From: Iphione sp. A-MEVVRFRX5
Lineage: Eukaryota
Length of the DNA stretch: 64,000 nt
Direction: 5' to 3'
Assembly: GCA_976226885.1 (NCBI GenBank)
Contig: OZ320321.1
Coordinates: 75,330,001-75,394,000 of the forward strand
The notes below the pieces were generated by a model. It had not been told where the DNA came from, searched no databases, and worked only from the letters and a program-made list of their open reading frames with translations. The position numbers and the translations under genes are program-made. Shown in pieces: positions 11,901 to 23,050 of this stretch; position 1 is the stretch's first letter; each line of letters begins with the position of its first letter.

Positions 11901-12735
11901 GCTCAACGACAGAGGCAAACCATCATGAAAGAGTCCTTCGCTACCAGAGCAAGGATGATGAGATTCTACATAGGATTCTCAACATACTACAATTTGGACT
12001 GGATTAATCCTCATATTGATGATTTTTTGTTATTTCTAGAATACTTGTCCTTGCATTATTCGAATACCAACACCCTGGCACAGTTCATCTCAGCAATTAA
12101 ACACTTTCATTCGTTGATAGGAATCCCCCGGGGCTGCCTAGATAATTCTAAAATTAAGGCGGCCCTCCATGCTTATGAGAAGGTTTCAACCCACCAGATA
12201 GATAGAAAGCTCCCTGTAAGCCCAGACCATTTGAAAGCAATGTGTTCGCTCCTAGAGTATATGGGGCCAGCCACTTGGTATCATTATCAAGGCACTATTC
12301 ACTTTCATGTATCACTCTTTGCTACGACATAGCAACCTGCTCCCCAGGTCGGTTGCTACTCTGGACCCCACCAAGGTTCTTTTGAGAAAAGATCTATTTT
12401 TCTCGAAAGAGGGTTGTGCGATTAATGTTAAATGGTCTAAGAACATTTGTAAACATAAACCAGAATTTGTTTTCATTCCCCGTACCGATTCACCCCTCTG
12501 CCCTATTCGGTCCCTTACACAGATGTTCCAGATCTTAGGCCCATTAAGTCCATCTACCCCACTATTCATAGACCCACTTGTAAAATCACCTATTACAGTC
12601 CAGCGAGCCTCCAGTATCCTCAAAATACTGCTCAAGGCATTAGGCCTGCCCCTTAATTCGTACAGCCTCCATAATTTGAGGCGCGGTGGTGCTACTGCCC
12701 TGCAGACATTGGGCGCCACCCAAGAACAAATACTG
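8980..12735 (+). mobile_element. Decayed Ngaro/PAT-type tyrosine-recombinase retrotransposon (copy 1), 3' end missing
   Basis: Gag 9088-10038 aligns with 28074-29018 (YPDS..KG..R.SPA.Y.Y; C-terminal Cys/His fingers). RT/RNaseH pieces at 10040-11803 (YLDD, DAC, DN, ADALSR) with stops and frameshifts. YR at ~11869-12735 (LRHSN, WSK, LHNLRRGG). Terminal motifs shared with copy 2. No B-A-B repeats found. Confidence 0.88.
9088..10038 (+). CDS. gag: Gag-like ORF1 of YR retrotransposon copy 1
   Basis: 316-aa open frame homologous to ORF1 of the intact copy, with a C-x5-C-x5-H / C-x2-C..H-x4-C finger region. Confidence 0.75.
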   Translation: MYTQCLPIQQIIRMVQIEARLERVEKQDKAKKTLVDPSIKERLRGVRPKQPSAATPADPGSSGQHENPANDDPDDSQADKHEYPSPDMLRDIAEENMDLLLRMVYPDSIAVKGKPKRISPAAYIYKPDTKEPEIDSLTAFQYVAGLLSMYSDPKLSPMIDKADLLEHAKDVCREANALPWPPLRRWVGELWEAVANKELTLGDIYKFQQYKTTSVNEYFQMTPRATSIPNVTCPTWLQGKCEKTPPHIVENISLFHSCSICYFLFSKQLDHKPETCRHKRKLQKDQEKDKRQWPDKSSTPQPQRQQQCRQDNWQTN

Positions 12736-13420
12736 CCACTACCGGGTAAGATCCTAGAAGCAGGGACAATGGGTAAGCTATTGCCGTGGATCGAGTCTAT
12801 GAAACTGCTGGATACCGTGCAGCATGGGTTTAGACAGTTAAGGTCTACTGAATCTGCCATTATGACAATTTTAGGTGAGGTGCAAGATCGCTGCAATCAA
12901 GGTCTATATACTGTATTAATGATGTTTGACTATAAAAAGGCATTTGATGTTATTTCATACAGTAGAATACTTTCTGCAATGTATAATTTAGGTGTTGGCC
13001 CCCGGACTCGATGCTTGTTCAGTAGCTACTTGACAGACAGACACCAAAAAGTAAAATGTAGAGATTCCGTTTCAACTGTCCTTCCAGTTAGACATGGGGT
13101 ACCTCAGGGATCGATTGTGGGCCCCAGTGCCTTCATCCTAGTTATTAATAATATTGTGAAAAACCTACCATCTGCATGTAGAGCTGTTATGTATGTGGAC
13201 AATTTGACTATAATTGTCAGCACCAAGGACCTACTTCGACTGTGTGCATGGTGTCTGCAGGTTATTAAGGCTGTGTCGGACTGGAGTCATAAAGCAGGTC
13301 TGGTACTGAGCACCAACAAATGCTCATACATGCTCGTGGAGCAAAGAGAGCAACAACAGCTGGAAATGCTGACGATTATGGGGAATGACTCTCATCAATC
13401 AAATGCAAGTGGAAGTGTGA
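12736..13420 (+). mobile_element. Internal LINE RT fragment joined in frame to the truncated recombinase
   Basis: LPLPGKILE..QHGF..STESA..FDYKKAFD..GVPQGSIVGP..YVDN; same group as the LINEs at 38.3 kb and 48.2 kb. Confidence 0.82.
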
Positions 13421-13479
13421 CGTAACTGAGTAGGTATCGAAGGGTTGGTCACATCACTGAAACAGGTGTAGAATGATTT

Positions 13480-13900
13480 ATGGACATAGAGTTAGTAGAA
13501 TTAGTAACATTGCCACTCAAGCTATCAAGCACATCCACACTATACTGAATGCAAAACTCAATTTCTCTTGATTCGAATATCAACTTGCGGCATGGGAAAA
13601 AGCTGTCACATGATTTGACTCACTGGACTTGAGTGTGTCAACAGGAGTGCTTATAGACGCAATGTACCCACGCCTTGGTGCTGGTTATATTGCCGAATGG
13701 GTGTGGAGCTGCTGGGGACCAGATGTCCATGGTTATGTCTTATCAACAGAGAAGTGAATACAAGGTAGAAAGGGAACCGATGTGTTGTTACTGTTGTTTC
13801 TGCAGGGGGTGCTACAGGCATTTGGCCCAGCATGTATCTGCAGGGAAACAGAACCACACTAGAGGAATGGCTCTAATTACTACCAATTTTGGGCAGACAC
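13480..13900 (+). mobile_element. Possible decayed gag-like remnant, unclassified
   Basis: Stop-interrupted coding-like stretch (IKHIHTILNAKLNFS*FEYQLAAWEKAV) followed by a Cys/His cluster (CCYCCFCRGCYRHL). No firm family motif. Confidence 0.25.
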
Positions 13901-14848
13901 ATTGTAATGGTAACGGTGATGCTTTAGAGCATGGTGCTCACCCTACTAATTCTGCTTTTACTTACAGCATTCCATCTATTGCTAAGCCTGCCCATATAGT
14001 CCCTAAATGTGCTTTCAAATGGACTCTCCTAACAATTTGAAGTGTTTAAACCAGAAGCAATGAAGGGAGTGGATGCTTCAGCCCCCTGGAAGCCTCCCTT
14101 CTTAGTGTTCCAGTAGTGGGATGAGGGTACATGATTTGCAGACGGAGAGAAGATCTCCAGCTCAACTGTACTGTTGTTATTGTGTTAATGTGATGTATTG
14201 CCATTGTAATCATATGACATATTGATATTGTAACCTTGTATAACCTAACTTATATGGAGTGTTATAAGAACTCAGTTTTTGCACATGCATAAGTATATTG
14301 CATTACTGTAAAGTTTTCAATGCCCCTTTTGGAGGGAGGCATGAGCGGGCTATCACTTCCTATGGGAACATTGGGTTTGGTAATTAATAAAGCTCCTCAG
14401 GGACTCCTTTCGGGTCCTGTATTTCCTCCTTCTCTGTTATGCTGATTATTGAGGAAAAAGATCAAGAGAATTACTTCCTCGTGACATTGTTATGTTGTCC
14501 TTTAAGGGGTGAAGGAAAGGATAAGGAGTCCAATGTGTAGTTTATAGAGGGCTTTATTCAGAGCACATCAGTGGGATGATGTTCTCCCCTTCCTGAAAGC
14601 ACAAGGTGATGTGGCAGACCTGTGGCAGACTAGACACACTATAGGTGGGTGTCCCAGCCCAAACAGAAACGTTTCAAAAACGTTGTAAAAACATTGCATA
14701 AAACATTATAAAAATGTTGTAAGTGAAAGTTTCCCCAACGTTTTCCTAACCACATTTGAAAACATTTTAAAAATGTTTTTAATAAATGTTTTTAGAAAAT
14801 TTTCAAAAACGTTTTTAGAACTGTTTTGAAGAAAAATGTCACACAGCC

Positions 14849-14925
14849 ATGGGCAGGGTTTGAACCCATGTCTCCACACATTGCCCTTGTATAGGCTAGC
14901 ACACTTACCCACTGGGCCACTGCTA
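14849..14925 (-). other. tRNA-derived Pol III promoter-like segment inside the MITE
   Basis: Minus-strand A box TGGCCCAGTGG (14919-14909) and B box GGTTCAAACC (14866-14857). The copy at ~23240 keeps only the A box. Confidence 0.55.
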
Positions 14926-14939
14926 TCCTGCTGTGGCTC

Positions 14940-15960
14940 TCAGAAGTCGTCCCATCTCATCAGGTGTTACCCCCGGCCTTCCCCGGCCCCTTGCTGCTCG
15001 TACAAGTTCCCACACCTAGTCTGATGGTATCGTGTTTGGTGTTCAAAACACCTCTTCTGGTGGTATCCCCACCCTTCCCAACAGGGGGGATCAACTATTC
15101 TGGTGAAGCGTTATTTGGTGATCTGAATTCTGGTGAAGCGTTATCTGCCTTCTTAATTAACCGCTTCTTTTAAGCGTTATGGAGGTTTGTAATTCTTGGT
15201 GAAGCATTATGTGGGACCCCTCGAACCCCCCTGTTTCCCAGTCCTCCTGTCACTCATACAAGTTCCCACACCTCGTCTGATGGTATCCCCTGCCTTCCCC
15301 GTCCTCCTGTAGTTCATACAAGTTGAAACACTTAGTCTCAAGTCCCAAAACCCTGTCTGGTAGTTTTCCCATGCTTTCCCGTCCTCCTGTCGCTCATACA
15401 AGTTCCCACACCTTGTCTGATGGTATCCCCTGCCTTCCCCGTCCTCCTGTAGTTCATACAAGTCGAAACACTTAGTCTCAAGTCCTAAAACCCTGTCTGG
15501 TAGTTTTCCCACCCTTTCCCGTTCTCCTGTCGCTCATACAAATTCCCACACCTCGTCTGATGGTATCCCCTGCCTTCCCCGTCCTCCTGTAGTTCATACA
15601 AGTCGAAACACTTAGTCTCAAGTCCTAAAACCCTGTCTGGTAGTTTTCCCACCCTTTCCCGTTCTCCTGTCGCTCATACAAGTTCCCACACCTCGTCTGA
15701 TGGTATCCCCTGCCTTCCCCGTCCTCCTGTAGTTCATACAAGTCGAAACACTTAGTCTCAAGTCCTAAAATCCTGTCTGGTAGTTTTCCTACCCTTTCCC
15801 GTCCTCCTGTCGCTCATACAAGTTCCCACACCTCGTCTGATGGTATCCCCTGCCTTCCCCGTCCTCCTGTAGTTCATACAAGTCCCCACACCTCGTCTGT
15901 TGGTATCCCCACCCTTTTCCGTCTTCCTGTCACTCTCAGACCTCCCGACACCTAGTCAGG
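14940..15960. repeat. Tandem array with a 140-bp higher-order repeat (60-bp + 80-bp subunits)
   Basis: 60-bp units start at 15241, 15381, 15521, 15661 and 15801. 80-bp units start at 15301, 15441, 15581 and 15721. Degenerate monomers at both edges. Confidence 0.95.
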
Positions 15961-16318
15961 TCCTGCAATGGCCTTTGGCCATCTTACTGTGGCTATAACC
16001 AAATGAAAATGTTGTAAAATGGTTGCAAACCTTGTAACCAAATGAAAACGTTCTCAAAACGGTGTAAAATGGTTGCAAACGTTATAACCTATAAAAACGT
16101 TATAAAACGTTTTTAAAACGTTGCATGCTGGATGGGGTAGGACTGAGGCAGACCAGAGCTTAAGCCTTGCAGTCCCAAGCAGAGAGCCAGAGTCCATGCC
16201 GGGGGGGACCCTAGTTGGTCCTGGTTGGCTGGCTTAGTGGCTGGCTGGTGGGCAGAGGCTGAAGGCTTCGAGGCTTCTGGGTGCAGGAGAGCTCTGGTCT
16301 GGTCTCGGCTGGTGTCTT

Positions 16319-17960
16319 TAGATGGGGATCCCAGGAGTGAATTGAATTGAATTGAATTGAAAGTTTTTTTTGAACATCTCCGTATACAGGACAAAGATCT
16401 TCGGAACAATAAGTCAAGTAGAACATCAGAAAATAAGAAAAAGTAAGAAGAGAAACATATATACATAAAGGATGTCAGGTGGCATTCAAACTTGACGTAA
16501 CCTTATCACGTTTGTATATAATTGACATTTAGATGTACTATCATAATAATTCGAATGCTGATGGACTCCTTTAGGATTCGATGCATTATTAAGCATTAAG
16601 CTTATAGAATAAAAATGAGCATATAGAATAAAAATGAGTATATGAGAAAAAAACAGATCACAGATTGAGAAACAATGATACCAATGTATGCAGTGTAACA
16701 TATCAAACACCCACATTTCAAAACTAAATTTAAACATGCTCAAAATTGATTCACTCAGGAAAAATAAAGTAAAGTTCATATGAAATATCACAAAGTCTCT
16801 TATTTTTTACAGAGTGAGAATATTAAATCGTGACCTTTTTGTGTAAACATCTGAAAGTATCAGATGTCCTATTCTACCCCCCAAAAAAACTGCAATTATT
16901 GTAAGATAATCAGAAATAAGAGGAGTGATACAGTTGTTCCATATAGCTAGAATCTGAGGAGAATGAGAAAGATCACAAATGGGTGATTACCATGGGCAAG
17001 ATCATGTGTCCAGCCATCAATCATTGAGACTAAGCCTGTCAAGCATCTTCCTGCTTTCAGGAAGATCGTTCCAGAGTTTTGCACCCTTATACCTTAAGGA
17101 GGATGCAAAGAGAGTGCTTCTTGGCCTAGGCAAACCGATTCTCATGTGCATCCCTTCCCTGGTTCTATGCAATAGAGAAGAATCACCGCATGATACTGCA
17201 ATTGCGACAATACCAGCGACCTGAAGAGTATCGACTTCGCCTCCTTTGGCAGTATCCCTTTTAGTCTCTCTATTCCTAGTGATGCAGGCCACATCCTACC
17301 TCTTAGCCTTCTCAGTTCTTCCTTCATTTTCAGCTTGCTGTCGATCCAGTAGCCAAGCAGGTTAACACATTTGGCCATCTTCATGTCCTCTGTGCCGATC
17401 TAAAGTCCTAAATCCTTTCCAGCGAGGCCTCCCATAGGCATGTAAGTGCATTTCTCCCTGCTGAGCACTAGACCATTCCTCACAGTCCATTCGAAGATTG
17501 CCTTAGTCACCATGTTGGCCAACATGCACAGTTCGTTGACCTCATCTTCCTCCACAATGATTGTTATGTTATCCACATGCATCACTAAAGTGGCATGCGA
17601 TGGTAGTGCTGACTCCAGATTGTTCATGATGATACCAAAAGCATGCGGACCAAAAATTGATCCCTGGGGTACTCCGCACTCAAGACCCTTGCTAGTCAAG
17701 ACAAGTCCTCCACAGTGAACAAATTGAGAGTGGGCAGTGCAGTAGCTTCTCACCATTGATTCGGTTTTCTTGTCTATTCCAAACTCTGCTAACCTGTTGA
17801 TTACTTCAGTGGCTGGTGCCAGATCAAATGCCTTTTTGAGGTCATATATCATCAGGCAGACAAGTCTTCCAGCATTCAGTCGTTCATGCACCACGTGAAG
17901 TATCCTATTGACTGCTGTTTCAGTGCTACGTTGTTTCTGAAATCCATGTTGTATGAGAAA
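16319..17960 (-). mobile_element. 5'-truncated, internally deleted LINE with (TTCAA)n tail
   Basis: RT motifs QHGF, YDLKKAFD, GVPQGSIFGP, HVDN; C-terminal YKGAKLWNDLP; GAATT microsatellite at 16319-16340 marks the 3' end. Confidence 0.85.
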
Positions 17961-18060
17961 CCTAAAGAAGCTAAGCACCCTCCTTACATCCTAGCTGGTC
18001 CCCTGATGCTCTTCTCTCATTGGCTGAGGGGAGTGCTGCTCTGATTGGCCAGCTAGGAGA

Positions 18061-18421
18061 TATATTTCATTTTATTTTATTTTATTTTATTGTATCCTTA
18101 ACTGGGAACTAGATATAATGAATCACATGGTAGGGCTCTTCCATGTCCTCCTAGGGTAGCATACTACCATCTATTGTTGAGAATTGAGAGACCAGAATAC
18201 CCAGTGTTGCCCCCTACTCTTATTTTGAATAGGTTTCTGGGGTCTTTTTGTGCACAGGGGACAGAATCCTATACAACCACCGCCTTTGTATGAGTTTTGG
18301 ACCAGTCTGGGTTGAGGCTACAGTAAAATCTGTCTGGTTGTGATCAAGAGTCCCAAGCCTGGGATTGAACCTTGGATCTCCCAATCAGTGGACCAGTTCT
18401 CTTCCACTGAGCTAACTCCCC
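18061..18421 (-). mobile_element. tRNA-derived SINE
   Basis: Head with A box TAGCTCAGTGG (18414-18404) and B box GGTTCAATCC (18371-18362); (TAAAA)n tail at ~18065-18090; inserted in LTR-A copy 3. Confidence 0.7.
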
Positions 18422-19934
18422 ACTCAATCTGCTCTAAATGGCTCAAATAATTAAGTACCCAATGCCAGGAGGCAAAAGATTAGAAGAAATTTATTGGTGA
18501 TTGATGAGGATAGTTAAATTCACATAAATCCAAAGGGTGATTCAGTTCTCAGAAAATTTGGACTCAAAGCTATAAAATTTCGGCACTGCCCAGGGAGGAT
18601 GTTTAGAAAGGCCATGACAGGTAGGTCCTGTTTTACTCAGACCCATGGCCATCTGGAATGGATCCTCCAGGGGCAGTGCTTCTTGTTTGGAGGGGGGGCG
18701 GGCGTGTGGCTTCTGTCTTGTCAGAGCAGGGGAATCCCCTTGGTGCTTATGTTTACCTCTCTGTTTTAAGATAATCCAGAGCTCGGGGATTGTGGCCATC
18801 TGGCCCATGATGGCTCCAGGGGTGTGTGGTCACTTCTAGCCTATGTAGGAGCCTTATCTATAGGCCAAATAGCCACTTTCCCATAGTTTAAGGGAATTCC
18901 TATGTGACTCTAGTCATTGGGAGGTCCCAGAGTGTAGTATGCCAAAGAGGGAAGAGGATATTTTGCTGGGTTGATTGTCTAACACCACATGTAACAGTTT
19001 ACTGTGTAAATAGTCATACCTGGAAGCAGACTGCATAAGCCTCTGGGTAATAATGCTTGCATGTAATTGGATGAGTGTGTAAACTGTTGGAGGTAGCAGG
19101 ATGATTAGTAACCATGAGAGACATTAGAAGGTGGAACTCCAAGTTGTACATGGTCGTTTTTGAGGAAACCTCAATTGAAACTCTCTGGTCTGTGCCTTAG
19201 GGTCACCAGATTCCCCGTTCTTTTCTTTGTTTCCTTACCTCCTCTGAGAGAGTCATCGGGTAAAATGGACTGAGTAGTTGCTCTGGATTTAAGGCTAAGG
19301 AATTCAGCATATGCAGCAGAAGCATTCATTCCAGACAACCCTCTGATTAGAAAGTGTAATAATATGGACAGACATAAGAAAGAACCAAATAAGACTCATG
19401 TTTCCTGCCATCTGGGAAGATTGTACCACTCCGTTATTGTCCACATTTATGAGGTTTCCCCATTTATATTTGAATAATTGGGTTAGAGGCCAAGGAATTC
19501 AACATGATTCATCCAGACAAAAGATCTGTGCTGCTAGGGAGCACAGGAGAGCAATGAGAAAGATGTTATTTACATAGGCTCAACATGTTCAAGCATAAAA
19601 AGTGTTGATTTCCAACATAAATTGTTATGGGTGTTTATTTATCCTTATGAGTGTTCGTTGAGTGACAATTAAAACAGGCAGTGTAAAGAAAACATTAATT
19701 ATTTAAGAATATGACAACTGGTTGTGTTATTTTAAAAACTAAATAGATGATAAACTATCTTTATACCATGAATATCATTAAATAAGAAGTTGGTACCTAT
19801 ATTAATAGGTAGCAACTACCTATATGAATCTCTGAGTGGTATAGAGTCATCTTTGTTTTATCTTATCTTTTGCACTCTAGTTAGATTGATGATGTTCTAA
19901 TTATAAAAACACATTCTATATACATCAGAAATAC

Positions 19935-20060
19935 CTGGATTGGCAAGAAGGTCATCAGAATCAATAACTATTGCTTCTTGTCCTAGTTGCCCGGTGACAA
20001 AGTTCAGCATTTGATATTGCTCTTTAAATCCTATCTCACTTGGATCAAAGTAGTCCCAAC
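19935..20060 (-). CDS. Host gene coding exon 4, sulfotransferase-like P-loop protein
   Basis: tttatag|GT TGG...CCA G|gtattt; open frame (G)WDYFDPSEIGFKEQYQMLNFVTGQLGQEAIVIDSDDLLANP; phase 1/1, compatible with exon 3. Confidence 0.88.
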
Positions 20061-20530
20061 CTATAAACGAAGATAAATGGAAAGAAATATTAGGCATATT
20101 TTAAAAAGATGGTAAAAATTAGAGCAGTCACGTATATTTCAATCGACATAATATTGATTAAAGGGGATAAGAAACACAGTTTTGCAGTAGATGGGGTTAG
20201 AGCAGACCAATACTATGTCTCAAAATCAATAATTATTTACGTTATATGATATTAAATGAACTCAATGCATGAAGATATAATAAAAACGTACATTTATCTT
20301 GAGCTATGATCCAGGAAATGTCCTGAACCCAATCTATGAGTTACTTCAGTTATCACATGTAACATACTCATGTTATGAAGATAAACAGAAATAAACGGTT
20401 TTCAAACAAAACAAATCTTTATTCTATAGTATACAGATACATGTATATGAATGATAGACAGTGAAGGTATGACATCTGCTTTTCTGATAAATGGCTTAGT
20501 GGAGACCATAAGGATTCATCGAATGTGAAT

Positions 20531-21112
20531 CCAGCATCAGGGAGATCCAAAAAAGCAATGTAACCTTACCACAACATTATGACAATGTTGTGCTTTGCTT
20601 GTGGCAAAGTTATTGTATAATGCTGTAGCAACATAAAAAGGTGAAGTTTTCTAAATGTGTCAACAACGTTGCTGTGATATGTCAGGAAAAAACTACACCA
20701 TGACAAAACTAAAATTGCTTACTCCCCAATGCATGATTTGAACCCACTTTCTCAAATCGTAAGTCTACCAACTAACCCACTCAAGGCCTGTTTCATGCTA
20801 ATATTACTTAAATAGTATAACTAAGGCCAATTAACATGCATTTTATGAAAAAAAAACTTTCCAACCTAATTAAACGTCAATGCTGTAGACATGTGTGCTA
20901 TTATGTAATGTTATCTGAAGATTATGATTTAACATTTGTAAAATGTTGTGTAAAGTTCTTTTTCTGACCTAACCAAACTACAACAATTTGTAGACACATT
21001 ATATTATAACCTTACCTGAGGATCATGATCTAACGTTTATACGTGGTTGTGTCTAGGTTTTTTCCTAACTTAACCAAACTAAAAAGGTGTAGATACATTG
21101 TGCGTTAGTGGG
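20531..21112. mobile_element. Related MITE-like element without a satellite core
   Basis: AT|CCAGC...AGTGGG|AT boundaries; AT-rich arms with repeated CTAACCAAACTA; inverted tRNA-like remnant near 20730. Resembles the 14.6 kb and 23 kb elements. Confidence 0.45.
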
Positions 21113-21565
21113 ATCATATGTGAAAAGCACTGAAGAGCACATGAGGTTAGATATTGCAGTGAGTATTTTAAACATAAGGGCAACAATCACACAAAGGACA
21201 CTATGCTGGGTAATGACCTGCTCTTTTTATCATTGACTTACTTTTTGACATATCATGGAGCCATGAACTTGGTTTTATACTTTGAAAAGCCAGTGTCTAA
21301 CTTATTATGCCACAGAGGCCGCTGTGTCATGACAGCCTTGTATCAATATTGTAACGTGTCGGTCGTCGTCAGGCCAGATGGCTATCGCGAAATAAAGAAC
21401 TTCCACACAGAGTATGCGTTGTTGCTCTCACTTCCAAGTCCGGATGAGAACTGTCTTTATTCAAGAAATCAGTGCCCTTATATACAGAGTCTGGCTCTAA
21501 AATTAGCCATGGTACATCCTTAAAAATAGTAACACCCTCCCCCAGAGATCTTTCTGGAGGGGTGC

Positions 21566-21692
21566 TTCTGGAACCTTCTACAGCACATACTACCTTTCTC
21601 TATAGGATCCTTCTGGAAAGATCCTTTCCAGAACCTTCCGAGCTATGCTCAGTACACACGTACTCCCTCCTAGGGGAGTTTCCAGAATGTTC
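21566..21692. promoter_or_regulatory. Cluster of heat-shock-element consensus sites in a hairpin-rich segment
   Basis: Perfect TTCnnGAAnnTTC at 21566-21578, 21626-21638 and 21680-21692, plus TTCTGGAA at 21611. Motif match only. Confidence 0.45.
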
Positions 21693-23050
21693 TACCCACC
21701 CCACGCCACCGGTGGCTATGTCGGAGGATTATCCTCCGAGAACCCTTTCGGAGGAAACACTCTCAATGCGCATTTTGTTCATACCAAACACCGAAACGCT
21801 ACACTATGTATGTCATACTTAGAGGTTAATACATATATGTAAAGTAAAATTGTTTGAGATGCGAAGATAGAATCCTGAATCATTTGTATGGATAGCTATT
21901 TTGTTAAAGAACCTGTTCTGGGACTGATAAAAGTGATTAATAAATACAAGTGCTAATCAAGATTTGAGGAGCTCAGGATTCGAACCCATGATTAGGGCTA
22001 ATAGTAATCCTGGAATGTATAGTTTTTTTCAAAATAGCATCTGAACATTATAAGACAGACAGTCATGAAGAGAAAAAGCAGGCCCCCCTGCCATGTACTA
22101 TAGGAGGGGAACCACTTTCCGGAAATTTGTTGAGTCCCAGTTGAGATGCAGTTTTACAACAACCATAAATAGAAAAAAGGGGTCCAGTCCCACATTCTAT
22201 GGGAAGGGACTACTTTTTCCAAAAATTGGGCTGTTTCAGCACTATCGTTTGTAGTCTGACATGTAGCCATTACGGTGATTGCATCAGCCCTTGAAATCTG
22301 GTATCATGCATTGTTGTTGACTGTGGTATAATATTGGTTGTTCTCGATTGTATATATATTAAATTAAATATATATTGAATTGATATATTAAATTTAATAT
22401 ATATTGAATTGATCATTAAAAGATAAGTCAATGACAGATAGAATGGTAATGAAATTGTGAGGAGATAAGGAATCACACTCCTGAATAAAGCTCATTCTCA
22501 TTTTGCAATGCATATTTAGGAATGTATTTTATGAATACATATTCATTCGACTATTATAAAACCGAAAGTATGAAGAATACAGAACTGGGTTCTTTCCTGA
22601 ATTCCTTGGGAAGGAACCACCTTTTCAGAAATTAAGTTGGTTAATGAGTCTCGTACAGTGTCTCTTTGTGTAGCCAATATGTAGCCGCTGTGATTGCATC
22701 AGAATAATTAAATCAAAGTTGGCCCTGTCCCACATTCCGTGGGAGGAGACCACTTTTCCAGAAATTGTCTTCTTGGCTAAACGGAGTTGACTAATCCCTC
22801 TAAGTAGCTGTCACTGAGTAGTAGCCCACCATGTCCACTGGGGATATGGCAATCATAAGCGCATGGAACTTGACCATATACTCATCGTTGAAATTACAGT
22901 GGATTTCATCCGACATGGGTCCTGAGGTTGGTTATTTAGTATTTACAATTGACAACCTCATTTTTATGCATCTTGAGTTGTTCAAAATCAGAAGTATTTC
23001 CATAATCGAGCTTCATTGGATGAGAGATGAGTACAAATATTTGCAAATAT

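Larger units (their letters stand above)
14653..16132. mobile_element. Non-autonomous DNA-transposon-like element with internal satellite array (copy 1)
   Basis: CCCAGC..GCTGG(A) ends. AT-rich arms are homologous to those at 23051-24360. Contains a tRNA-like A/B box and a tandem array. Confidence 0.7.
14488..18984 (-). repeat. LTR family A, copy 3, split by nested MITE-satellite, LINE and SINE insertions
   Basis: LTR-A blocks recur in order at 14488-14650, 16140-16318, 17965-18055 and 18430-18984. Termini TGTTA..TAACA. Confidence 0.7.

Noticed and set aside
15207-15512. Repeat-protein ORFs across the satellites (also 23972-24190)
   Set aside because: Periods of 140 and 59 bp are not multiples of three; the frames are by-products of the repeat.
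15241-15860. Tandem arrays (here and 23275-24170) as CRISPR or as hammerhead-bearing satellites (CTGATGG...CGAAAC occurs in the 140-bp unit)
   Set aside because: No unique spacers and a eukaryotic context. The core is CTGATGG rather than CTGATGA, and stems I and III cannot be formed.
4099-18984. LTR-A copies 2 and 3 as the paired LTRs of one full-length element
   Set aside because: The copies are visibly diverged, there is no matching TSD, PBS or PPT, and no Gypsy pol lies between them.
1-19934. Exon 5 of the host gene
   Set aside because: No acceptor followed by an MLRQYC/GIEF/W-like frame was found; the candidate at ~19400 is a LINE C-terminal remnant (EWYNLP).
21203-21523. 106-aa plus-strand ORF as a host gene
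   Set aside because: No recognisable motif or splice context, and antisense to the supported gene.
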